IMG/VR virus record: IMGVR_UViG_3300010885_066780 | Source of the DNA: an uncultured virus (IMG/VR IMGVR_UViG_3300010885_066780) | Lineage: Duplodnaviria; Heunggongvirae; Uroviricota; Caudoviricetes | Length of the DNA stretch: 64,000 bases | Strand: one strand, 5' to 3' | In this document: positions 31,048 to 39,613 of the stretch, in pieces | Layout of the letters: each line of letters opens with the position of its first letter | Position numbering within the stretch: the first letter of the stretch is position 1 | Notes under the pieces: generated by a model | Told to the model about the DNA's origin: nothing | Seen by the model: the letters and a program-made list of their open reading frames with translations, nothing else | The model's database searches: none | Translations under genes and position numbers: made by a program

Positions 31048-32742
31048 ATGTATGTGGATTGCAGACTGGATCGTGAACAAAATCAAATACATGTGGTAGA
31101 ACGGGATGCAGCTGGCCAAAGACGATTTGTCAGCTATCCCACTAGATATGTGGCCTACTGGCCTTCAGAATCAGGAAAGTATACCAGTATATTTGGTGAT
31201 CGATTAGAACGGTTTCAAACAAACAAGCTGAAAGAATTTCAAAAAGAAATTCGAATGCTTAATTCCAAGCGACTATTTGAAACAGATATCAATCCCATTT
31301 TTAGATGCTTGTATGACAACTACAGACATTTGCCTGCGCCAAAGTTGCATATTGCAACGCTGGATATTGAAGTGGACTTTGATCCTGTTCGTGGTTGGTC
31401 CAAAGTAGAAGAAGCATTTTCACCAATCACAGCAATCAGCGTCTATTGTGATTGGATTGATAAAAACTTGACTTTGGTACTTAAACCTAGACTAATGGAC
31501 CAAACAACTGCGATCAACATTGTCAATAAGTTTCCAGACACCCTATTGTGTGAAACTGAAAAAGAACTACTTGATATATTTCTTCAAATTATTGAAGACG
31601 CGGATGTGCTTACTGGTTGGAATTCAGAACAATATGATATTCCCTATATTCACAACAGAATTGTTCAAATCCTGGGTAAACAAGAAACTCGCAGATTGTG
31701 TCTCTGGAATCAACTGCCCGCTAAACGAACATTTGAAAGATTTGGAAAAGAAAATGTTACCTATGATTTAGTTGGCCGTGTACACTTGGATTATCTTCAA
31801 TTGTATAGAAAACATGCTGAACAAGTGCTTCACAGTTATCGATTAGATTTCGTAGGTGAACATGAAGTTGGTGAGCATAAGATTCACTATGAAGGCAGTT
31901 TGGACAGTCTCTACAATCAGGATTTTGAAAAGTTTATTGAATATAACCGACAGGACGTGATGCTGTTGGTTAAGATTGATCAAAAGAAAAAGTTTATTGA
32001 ACTGGCCAACCAAATGGCTCACGAAAATGGCGTTTTGTTACAGACTACCATGGGTGCAGTTGCGCAGATTGACCAAGCAATCGTCAATTCAGCTTGGAAT
32101 CAAAATCTACAAATACCAGCCAGAATACGAGACAAGCCCATTGAATTGGATGACTTGTTGGCCAATTCTCGTGATTCAGCAGATTGGGATCCTGAAGCTG
32201 AAGAAGAACCAGTTTTTGAAAAAATCGCTGGTGCGTATGTGGCTGATCCCAAACGAGGAATGCATGAATGGATTGGCAGCATGGACATTTCAAGTCTGTA
32301 CCCATCAACTATTCGTGCATTAAATTTGAGTCCAGAAACCATTGTTGGACAAATTAGACTTGACGCAACTAATCAACTTTTGATGAGTCGAGTAAAAAAT
32401 GAAAAGATGAGCTTTAGTGAAGCTTGGACTGATCTATTTGCAGTGCTGGAATATACTGCTGTCATGGAAAAAGCAATTACTCCAATTACGGTAGATTTCA
32501 CAGACGGATCAACTATTTGTGTGCCAGCTAAAGACATCTATGAATTGGTATTTGGCAAAACCAGCAATTTAATCTTAACTGCAAATGGTACCATAGTTGA
32601 TGGTTCCAAGATGGGAATTATCCCAGCAATATTGAGTCAGTGGTACACAGAACGTAAAATGCTACAATCAAAAATGCGAGCTGTGAATGAGCTATCAGCT
32701 GGTATTGCCATTCCTGATAATTTGAAGGTTGCTTTATGTTAG
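31048..32742 (+). CDS. Family B DNA polymerase, N-terminal subunit (3'-5' exonuclease plus motif A)
   Basis: 'LDIEVD', 'GWNSEQYDIPY', 'YNRQD', 'DISSLYPS'. Confidence 0.93.
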   Translation: MYVDCRLDREQNQIHVVERDAAGQRRFVSYPTRYVAYWPSESGKYTSIFGDRLERFQTNKLKEFQKEIRMLNSKRLFETDINPIFRCLYDNYRHLPAPKLHIATLDIEVDFDPVRGWSKVEEAFSPITAISVYCDWIDKNLTLVLKPRLMDQTTAINIVNKFPDTLLCETEKELLDIFLQIIEDADVLTGWNSEQYDIPYIHNRIVQILGKQETRRLCLWNQLPAKRTFERFGKENVTYDLVGRVHLDYLQLYRKHAEQVLHSYRLDFVGEHEVGEHKIHYEGSLDSLYNQDFEKFIEYNRQDVMLLVKIDQKKKFIELANQMAHENGVLLQTTMGAVAQIDQAIVNSAWNQNLQIPARIRDKPIELDDLLANSRDSADWDPEAEEEPVFEKIAGAYVADPKRGMHEWIGSMDISSLYPSTIRALNLSPETIVGQIRLDATNQLLMSRVKNEKMSFSEAWTDLFAVLEYTAVMEKAITPITVDFTDGSTICVPAKDIYELVFGKTSNLILTANGTIVDGSKMGIIPAILSQWYTERKMLQSKMRAVNELSAGIAIPDNLKVALC

Positions 32743-34499
32743 ATGTTGGGCTATTAAAAACAGCAATTGAAGCTGGAGATGTAACAGAAATTAAAAAATT
32801 GATGACTGAATACAATCTAAAGATTGTTGATGGTCAAATAACAGCTGACAAAGACACTTGCAAAAAATACTATGACTATTGGGACATGCGTCAGGGAATT
32901 AAGAAACGGCTTCTTAATTCTCTTTATGGTGGAACAGCCAACGAAGGCAGTCGATGGTCTGATACTAGAATTGCGCAAAGCACAACATTGAGTGGCCGTT
33001 CAATTGCCAAACACATGCAATCCAAATGCAATGAAGTAATTACTGGTAGTTATAATCATTTGGGTGAATCCATCATATATGGAGACAGCGTAACTGGTGA
33101 TACTGTTATTAGAACTGATTCAAGTCTCATCACAATTGCTGAATTATTCAAAGACAGTCAAGAATTTTATACGATTGGTGAAAAAGCATATGGTGAACAA
33201 AACCCCCATAAAGTTTTGGGAATGACGTTAAACAGTCAATCTATTAATTGGGGAAACATACATTATGTAATGCGGCACAAAACTGCCAAAACAATTTATA
33301 AAATTTATCTGGCGAATAACAAATCAGTAAAAGTTACACAGGACCACAGCATTATGGTTTTGCGAGATGATAAAATTACGGAAGCAAAGCCCACTGAGTT
33401 ATATGATAATGATCTAGCCATATCACTTGATCTACTGGGAAATACTACAAGCGTTGAACTAACAAAGATAGAAAATTTGGGTGAAATTGACGACTATGTC
33501 TATGACATAAGTATTGCTGATTCAGATCCTGTTTTCTTTGCAAATGACATCCTAGTACACAACACTGATTCGGGATTTTTCTCTGCATACCAAGTTTTGA
33601 AAGACAATCCTGACTTTTCGGATTATGAGTGGACCAAAGAAAACGTGGTGCAACTCTACAATGACATAACTGAAGTCGTTAACAGCAGTTTCTCAGAATT
33701 CATGCAGCAAGCATTTCATACTACTCCTGAACGAGGTAGCTTTATCAAAGCAAGTCGTGAAACATGCAGTACCAAAGGCATGTTTATGACTAAGAAGCGA
33801 TATGCGGTTCTTATGTATGACAAGGACAATGTTCGTAAAGACGTCAATAATAAACCTGGCGAAGTCAAAGCCATGGGACTGGATTTGAAGCGAAGTGACA
33901 CACCAGAAACAGTGCAACATTTTTTGAGTAATTTGCTGTTGATGGCATTAACTGAAACAGATCAATCAAAGATCCTAGCAGCAATTGCTGATTTTAGACG
34001 TGAGTTTAGAAATTGGCCTGGTTGGGAACAGGGTTCTCCCAAACGTGTGAATAATATGACCATGTATGGGGAAATTTACCGAGCTAAACAGATTGTTGAC
34101 TGGGAAAAAGAAGTTAAAAAAACAACAGTCAAACAATCTGACAATAGAAAAAAAGGCAAAAACACAGACCCACTTAAGAAAACAATTCCGGGTCACGTAC
34201 TAGCCAGTCTAAATTGGAACAAACTTAGAAAAATCTATGATGATCAATATAGTCTGGAAATACAGGATGGATTCAAAGTAGTAGTTTGTAAACTTCGCCC
34301 CAATCCATCTGGTATGACTAGTGTTGCTTATCCAGTTGACCAACTACAACTACCAGACTGGTTCAAGTCTTTGCCGTTTGATAATGATGCCATGGAAATA
34401 GCCCTAATAGATAAAAAGATCAGCAATTTGTTGAGTGTATTGGGTTGGGATTTGACTGACAGAAAAGACTCTACTTTTGATGATTTGTTCAGTTTCTAA
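32736..34499 (+). CDS. Family B DNA polymerase, C-terminal subunit, intein-containing
   Basis: 'KRLLNSLYG' motif B, YGD[intein]TDS motif C, 'KKRYA', 'KAMGL'. Confidence 0.93.
   Translation: MLDVGLLKTAIEAGDVTEIKKLMTEYNLKIVDGQITADKDTCKKYYDYWDMRQGIKKRLLNSLYGGTANEGSRWSDTRIAQSTTLSGRSIAKHMQSKCNEVITGSYNHLGESIIYGDSVTGDTVIRTDSSLITIAELFKDSQEFYTIGEKAYGEQNPHKVLGMTLNSQSINWGNIHYVMRHKTAKTIYKIYLANNKSVKVTQDHSIMVLRDDKITEAKPTELYDNDLAISLDLLGNTTSVELTKIENLGEIDDYVYDISIADSDPVFFANDILVHNTDSGFFSAYQVLKDNPDFSDYEWTKENVVQLYNDITEVVNSSFSEFMQQAFHTTPERGSFIKASRETCSTKGMFMTKKRYAVLMYDKDNVRKDVNNKPGEVKAMGLDLKRSDTPETVQHFLSNLLLMALTETDQSKILAAIADFRREFRNWPGWEQGSPKRVNNMTMYGEIYRAKQIVDWEKEVKKTTVKQSDNRKKGKNTDPLKKTIPGHVLASLNWNKLRKIYDDQYSLEIQDGFKVVVCKLRPNPSGMTSVAYPVDQLQLPDWFKSLPFDNDAMEIALIDKKISNLLSVLGWDLTDRKDSTFDDLFSF
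33087..33563 (+). mobile_element. Mini-intein (159 aa) in the polymerase YGD/TDS motif
   Basis: Starts SVTGDT, block B 'VTQDHS', ends 'VYDI...FFANDILVHN' followed by Thr; too short to hold an endonuclease domain. Confidence 0.92.
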
Positions 34500-34547
34500 A
34501 TTGATCGAAATCAATAGTTTCAGCATACTTGATAAAAGAGGTAATAA

Positions 34548-34754
34548 ATGGCAACCAAAACACAACAATATACGCCCGATGAATTGAAGGCAATATTTGA
34601 AGCACTCAATATTGCACCCGGTTATTTGAGTAAGAGATTTATTTTGAAGAATCTCGTGGGATTTTCAGACGAACTCCTGGCAGAAAACATAAAAATGCGT
34701 GATGAAGAAGAAAACGCCAATAAACAAGCAGATCGAGTAAGAGGATATCGATGA
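34548..34754 (+). CDS. Small protein resembling the C-terminal helices of T4-like portal proteins
   Basis: 'YLSKRFILKNLVGFSDELLAEN....EEE'; GAGG SD. Confidence 0.5.
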   Translation: MATKTQQYTPDELKAIFEALNIAPGYLSKRFILKNLVGFSDELLAENIKMRDEEENANKQADRVRGYR

Positions 34755-35494
34755 TTACACTAAAGGATTTCATACAGGATTTAAGCAAGTTTGCTATTTC
34801 TCCACAGTTTTTTGAAAAGATCAAAATTACTAGTACGCCGGATTCAGCTGTTATTGAAGCAGTATCAAATGACCGTGAAGTAATTCTAAAAGCCAAAACT
34901 AATGCCATTGCTGATCTCACTGGTGATTTTGGTTTGAGTAATATTGGTTTGCTAAACCACATTGTTAGTGACTCTCTGTTTGCAAACACTGAATCAACGT
35001 TGGAAGTAGTTTATGAAAGTCGAAATGGAAAAACAATTCCATCAGAACTCAATTACACTAATAAGAGCAAGAGTCACATTAACTACCGTTTTATGAATGT
35101 TGAGCATACCCCTGCACAACCAGTGTTTAATAGTCCAAAATGGGATGTTGAAATTGAGCCTTCCAAAGCTGCTATCCAACAATTTACTTGGGCGGCAGGT
35201 GGTTTGAGTGGTTATGAACTGCATTTCCTACCTAAAGTGGTTGGCAATCAACTCAAGTTCTTCATTGGCGAAGAAAAGGCTGCTAGCCAACGTGGCGGAG
35301 TGGTGTTTGCTGAAGGAACTTTTGCTGCATTCGATCCCGGTTTGAAGTGGAAGATTGCTCCTGTTATTTCAGTATTGAAATTGTCTGAGTCTTCTAAAGC
35401 CACAATGAGCTTTAGTGCCAAGGGTGCAATTCAAATCACGCTAGCAACTGGCATTTCCAGCTATCAATTCATATTCCCTGCTAAAACCAAGTAG
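34751..35494 (+). CDS. DNA polymerase sliding clamp (gp45-like)
   Basis: 247 aa, downstream of the polymerase, 'G.FGL.N...L', 'YRFM', terminal 'YQFIFPA'. Confidence 0.7.
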   Translation: MITLKDFIQDLSKFAISPQFFEKIKITSTPDSAVIEAVSNDREVILKAKTNAIADLTGDFGLSNIGLLNHIVSDSLFANTESTLEVVYESRNGKTIPSELNYTNKSKSHINYRFMNVEHTPAQPVFNSPKWDVEIEPSKAAIQQFTWAAGGLSGYELHFLPKVVGNQLKFFIGEEKAASQRGGVVFAEGTFAAFDPGLKWKIAPVISVLKLSESSKATMSFSAKGAIQITLATGISSYQFIFPAKTK

Positions 35495-35499
35495 GGATC

Positions 35500-35634
35500 G
35501 AGTTGAGGAGACTGGTTCAGTGGGTGTGATTCGATTGAGCACAATGGCACGCCTTACAACTCAAACAGGGTTGTAATAGTAGACAAATATCCAAAGGAGG
35601 TGGTTCTTTTATTCAAGAGCAGTCTCCTCAACTC
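35500..35634 (+). ncRNA. Candidate structured RNA closed by a perfect 15-bp stem
   Basis: GAGTTGAGGAGACTG (35500-35514) / CAGTCTCCTCAACTC (35620-35634); internal TTACAAC...GTTGTAA hairpin. Confidence 0.5.
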
Positions 35635-35656
35635 AACATTTTTCAAAGGAACATTT

Positions 35657-36055
35657 ATGGAACATCTCAAGTCAGCATTAAACGAACTAAGTCAAGAAAT
35701 ACATAACCGCAATCAACTAGCTGGTTGGTGGACAGACATTAAAACTGGTAAAACACTCTTAGGTAAGGATGAATTTGGTCGAGATAGACGAAATGTACCT
35801 GAACTGTTATGTCTGGTACACAGTGAAATATCTGAAGCCATGGAAGGCTATCGTAAAAATCTACAGGACGACAAGCTTCCACATCGATCAATGTTTGAAG
35901 TGGAATTGGCGGACTGCCTGATTCGAATTTTCGACATAGCTGGTGCACATGATTTGGATTTGGGTGGCGCATTAGTAGAAAAATTGAACTACAATCAAAA
36001 CCGAGCAGACCACAAAATTGAAAACCGACTCAAATCTGATGGCAAGAAGTTTTGA
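35657..36055 (+). CDS. MazG-like NTP pyrophosphohydrolase
   Basis: 'LCLVHSEISEAMEG.RK', 'EVELAD.LIRIFD', 'K..YN..R'. Confidence 0.88.
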   Translation: MEHLKSALNELSQEIHNRNQLAGWWTDIKTGKTLLGKDEFGRDRRNVPELLCLVHSEISEAMEGYRKNLQDDKLPHRSMFEVELADCLIRIFDIAGAHDLDLGGALVEKLNYNQNRADHKIENRLKSDGKKF

Positions 36056-36106
36056 TAGTTGACAACTCCTAATTTGATTGTATAATTTCGTAATAGGAGT
36101 TGAACC

Positions 36107-36424
36107 ATGACACAGTATATTCACAAGAAGGTCAAAGAGCTGATTCTTGATGATGCCAAGATTACCAAAGATCAAGTCGCTGCAATGATGACTAACCCAC
36201 TTAGTGTAGCAGGTGTCTATGAATCACTTTTAGTTCTGAGGTTCACAGTCAATCAAACGGTTCAGCAGATCACTAAGCCACATAATGAAAAGATTGCCGC
36301 TCATAAGCAGCAATTAGATTATTTGAAATCCAATCCCCTTTGGAAACGGGTTTGGCTGGCCGTCAAAAATGATTACTCTTATCCTGAGCCTGAAGATACA
36401 GAAGACGTCAAATCCAAGAAATAA
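36107..36424 (+). CDS. Hypothetical protein
   Basis: AGGAG SD; TTGACA-N16-TATAAT at 36059-36086. Confidence 0.7.
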   Translation: MTQYIHKKVKELILDDAKITKDQVAAMMTNPLSVAGVYESLLVLRFTVNQTVQQITKPHNEKIAAHKQQLDYLKSNPLWKRVWLAVKNDYSYPEPEDTEDVKSKK

Positions 36425-36682
36425 ATGAAAAGGAATATCATGGCATTTCATGAAGTAGTATGCAGCTATGAACGACACCAAATTTTGGTAAAAGTAGAAC
36501 AGTGGGAAGAAGACCAATTGACTCCGGCTGCGATCAAGTGGCAGGTTGATAACATCCTGACGTCTGATCCTGAAGCCAAGACGAGTTTCGAAAATGTCAC
36601 CCGCGCGGAATCCTGGTTAACTGCAAAATGCCAACCGCTGTTTTATAACAGAAAAATATCAGTTATAATCTATTCAATGTGA
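36425..36682 (+). CDS. Hypothetical protein
   Basis: Operon-like packing. Confidence 0.55.
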   Translation: MKRNIMAFHEVVCSYERHQILVKVEQWEEDQLTPAAIKWQVDNILTSDPEAKTSFENVTRAESWLTAKCQPLFYNRKISVIIYSM

Positions 36683-36691
36683 GGGAGCAGG

Positions 36692-36877
36692 ATGACAGAC
36701 AAGACATATAATCAATTTCAATTTGATGATGGCACAGGACGAGTGATCAATTATAGTTTCACCAAAGAGGTGGCTGAAGAACTAGCTGAACTTGGAATTG
36801 ATGTTGATACAGAAATTCAACAGGGAATCAAGTCTGCTATTGAGGATGAGCAAACGGGCTTTGACATCAGCCCATAA
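36692..36877 (+). CDS. Small protein resembling an internal segment of gp23-like major capsid protein
   Basis: 'RVINYSFTKEVAEELAELGIDVDTEI...I...I..E' compared from memory with gp23 'RQLKAAYSIELAQDLRAVHGMDADAEL'. Confidence 0.4.
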   Translation: MTDKTYNQFQFDDGTGRVINYSFTKEVAEELAELGIDVDTEIQQGIKSAIEDEQTGFDISP

Positions 36878-36889
36878 ATAAGATATAAT
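36861..36889 (+). promoter_or_regulatory. Consensus sigma70 promoter
   Basis: TTGACA-N17-TATAAT. Confidence 0.85.
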
Positions 36890-36896
36890 TAGTTAA

Positions 36897-37097
36897 GTGT
36901 GTTATATTTTAAAAAAACTGGAGACAAAAATGCTAAAGCAAGAATTAAAATTTCCTCGAAATCGAATAATGACTGAAGAAGAAGCAATGGAATTTTTAAA
37001 AAACTTGTGTATTGCAAGTAGAATAGAGCAACAAAAATCAAGAGAAAGAATTAATCTTTTTAAAGAAGAACAACGCGCATTGAGAGAAGGTAAATGA
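36897..37097 (+). CDS. Hypothetical protein
   Basis: ORF with internal GGAG-ATG (likely start MLKQE). Confidence 0.5.
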   Translation: MCYILKKLETKMLKQELKFPRNRIMTEEEAMEFLKNLCIASRIEQQKSRERINLFKEEQRALREGK

Positions 37098-37417
37098 ATT
37101 TATATGAAATAAATGCGTCCAATAAAATGTCTTTATCTTTGGCTTCTGCAACAGAAATTCCATTAGAATTTGAATTTGAAAAAGAATTTGAATTATGTTT
37201 AATTCAATTTGAAATGTATTATCCTTATCATGCACACCCAATGCACGACCTTGTTTCTTCTATTGAAAGTTTGATAGACAAATTAGATGAATTCATTGAA
37301 TTCACCGCTACATATTTGGATACATCCGATTTGTCAGCAATTATAGTAATTAACAAAAATAAAAAATTCAGAAAACGTTTGATGGAGATGTTGCAAAAAA
37401 TAGCTGAGTTAAATTAA
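37094..37417 (+). CDS. Hypothetical protein
   Basis: Overlaps the upstream stop codon. Confidence 0.5.
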   Translation: MNLYEINASNKMSLSLASATEIPLEFEFEKEFELCLIQFEMYYPYHAHPMHDLVSSIESLIDKLDEFIEFTATYLDTSDLSAIIVINKNKKFRKRLMEMLQKIAELN

Positions 37418-37457
37418 TATTATTGGACATTTCAAATGAATAGGACATTTTACATTT

Positions 37458-37817
37458 ATGAACCAAAAGACTTATATTAAAATTAGAACACAATTTGAAG
37501 GATTCCATTTTTATCCCGGCGCAGGGTCAATTGATCCACGTATCCAATTCTTAGAAAATGAACATCGCCATATGTTCAAGGTTGATGTGAAAATTGCAGT
37601 AACGCATCTTGACCGGGAACTTGAATTTTTTCTGGTCAAATGGGCATTAGAAGAATTCATCCAAGGCGGTAATCAAAATCACAAATCATGTGAAATGATT
37701 GCAACTGATATTTTAGACAATCACTTGATTCCCAGTTATGGTACCGATCGATACTATGAAGTAGTGGTTTCAGAAGACGGTGAATCAGACGGTATAGTGG
37801 AATATATTCCTGAATAG
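37458..37817 (+). CDS. QueD/PTPS-like T-fold protein
   Basis: 'FEGFH', 'HRH.F', 'SCE.IA', 'V.VSED'; ~120 aa; near TGT-like gene and folE. Confidence 0.7.
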   Translation: MNQKTYIKIRTQFEGFHFYPGAGSIDPRIQFLENEHRHMFKVDVKIAVTHLDRELEFFLVKWALEEFIQGGNQNHKSCEMIATDILDNHLIPSYGTDRYYEVVVSEDGESDGIVEYIPE

Positions 37818-37851
37818 AAACCGGTTTTGACAAACTTGCGTTTTTGATGGA

Positions 37852-38106
37852 ATGGTCATAATGGAATACTACCCGCATTCATTATTGATATATGACAATA
37901 CTGTTTATATAAGTGGATTAGATTTTTATATCAATTATTGTGTTCAACAACCTGAAAAAGCGAGCTCTAAAACAACATCACTGATCTTAAAAGAAAAATA
38001 TAACGCCGTAATTAGAAAAGAATATATAGATTCTGATATTATCAAAGTTTATTTGGATTTTGAAACGGAAGAAGACAAACTAGCATTCTTGATAGAATGG
38101 TCATGA
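37852..38106 (+). CDS. EDKLEF-family short protein
   Basis: Ends DFETEEDKLAFLIEWS. Confidence 0.8.
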   Translation: MVIMEYYPHSLLIYDNTVYISGLDFYINYCVQQPEKASSKTTSLILKEKYNAVIRKEYIDSDIIKVYLDFETEEDKLAFLIEWS

Positions 38107-38381
38107 TGAATAAAAATATGGACAAAATCTTGCTCGTCAGTGAATCCAATACTGGGAGATACATGATATACTATAGGAATTTTTTGAGATATTGTAAGAT
38201 TCAATATTCACTTCCATTTTCGAAACATGAAACGTTCATGGATCTGGTTGAATCTATCCTGGCAAAAGAATACAACTCGAAATTCAATATCATGATTTGT
38301 TCTGTACCATTGCACTATGTTGGTTATTTGGAATTTGAGTCGGAAGCAGACAAATTGGAATTTCTACTAACTTGGTCCTAG
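38097..38381 (+). CDS. EDKLEF-family short protein
   Basis: Ends EFESEADKLEFLLTWS. Confidence 0.8.
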   Translation: MVMMNKNMDKILLVSESNTGRYMIYYRNFLRYCKIQYSLPFSKHETFMDLVESILAKEYNSKFNIMICSVPLHYVGYLEFESEADKLEFLLTWS

Positions 38382-38440
38382 ACATTTATTGAATACAGAT
38401 CCAATTATTCATATAATTGATCATAATATAGGAGCATCAT

Positions 38441-39613
38441 ATGAAAATTGGTTACTGTGGACTGGAAAAATATGAAGGTAGGTATACTCTACAACTTCAA
38501 GATTGGAATGAACGCGTTTTTAAAAAACGTGGTATTGAATATATCTTAATTGATGGTGATACCTTAGATGATTCCAAATCCATTGTAACAGGACAGGTAC
38601 TGGATGCACACGGGCGTTCGTTCTTTTCGCTAACACAAATGGCAAATCTTGTAAAACAGCTGAAGCAAGGCGTTTTTAACAAGGACGACGTCATTTATTT
38701 TGAAGACATGTTTACACCTGGCATTGAAAGCTTGCCCTATATATTTGATCAAATAGATCCCAACTATCGACCTCGAGTAGCAGTTCGTTGCCTAGCACAA
38801 TCAATTGATCCTGATGATTTTGTTCATGTCTGGAAAATGGAACAGTGGATGGCGACTTATGAACGCATGGTAAACGAATTCGCTGATATTGTGTTGGCAT
38901 CAAATGAAGAAATGGTTGCTCATATGCGGATAGCAGGATGGAAAGCACCAATTTATAATATTTCCGGACTGGCTTTTGGTAAAGAGGAAGTTCAATCTAG
39001 AGTCAAGACAATTACTGAATTCAGCCAACGTAAGAACCGAGTTTGTTTTGCAAGTCGCTGGGATCGAGAAAAGAATCCTAATTTCTACATGGATTTGATT
39101 GAAGCTTGGTATAAAGCTTATCCAGATGAACCTGTTGAATTTGCTCTATTCATTGGCTCAAAGCTCCGGTCAAATGATGACAGCTATATGACTAGAACAA
39201 GACAACTACAAGATGAAGGTAAGCTGGTTATATATGAAGATTTGAAAAAAGATCAATATTACGAATTGCTAGCAGATTCCAGAGTCCTATTTAATTCAGC
39301 AAGTCAAGATTGGACTTCCAATACAGTAAGTGAAGCAGATGCACTGGGAACAAATGTCCTATTCCCCGCATATAGATCATTTCCGGAAATATTCGCAAAT
39401 GATCCTGATCGCATGTATATTCCGTGGTCCATTCCAGACGCTATTCAAAAGTTGGAAAAACTGTTGGTTGAACCACATCAAAACAAGGGGAAAATCAGTG
39501 ATTGGACAGATGGGACCATTGATCGCATTATAGATATTTTGACTGGTACTGGTGAAACCTGGAACCGATCAAACAACAATTATAGAACCCGACTCTTGGA
39601 AAACAAATACTGA
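38441..39613 (+). CDS. GT-B fold glycosyltransferase
   Basis: 'FASRWDREKNP', 'YYELLADSRVLFNSA.QD......EA..LG...L.P...SFPE'; AGGAG SD. Confidence 0.8.
   Translation: MKIGYCGLEKYEGRYTLQLQDWNERVFKKRGIEYILIDGDTLDDSKSIVTGQVLDAHGRSFFSLTQMANLVKQLKQGVFNKDDVIYFEDMFTPGIESLPYIFDQIDPNYRPRVAVRCLAQSIDPDDFVHVWKMEQWMATYERMVNEFADIVLASNEEMVAHMRIAGWKAPIYNISGLAFGKEEVQSRVKTITEFSQRKNRVCFASRWDREKNPNFYMDLIEAWYKAYPDEPVEFALFIGSKLRSNDDSYMTRTRQLQDEGKLVIYEDLKKDQYYELLADSRVLFNSASQDWTSNTVSEADALGTNVLFPAYRSFPEIFANDPDRMYIPWSIPDAIQKLEKLLVEPHQNKGKISDWTDGTIDRIIDILTGTGETWNRSNNNYRTRLLENKY

Noticed and set aside
35500..35634. Retron msr-msd
   Set aside because: Terminal inverted repeats are present, but there is no reverse transcriptase nearby; kept only as an unassigned RNA candidate
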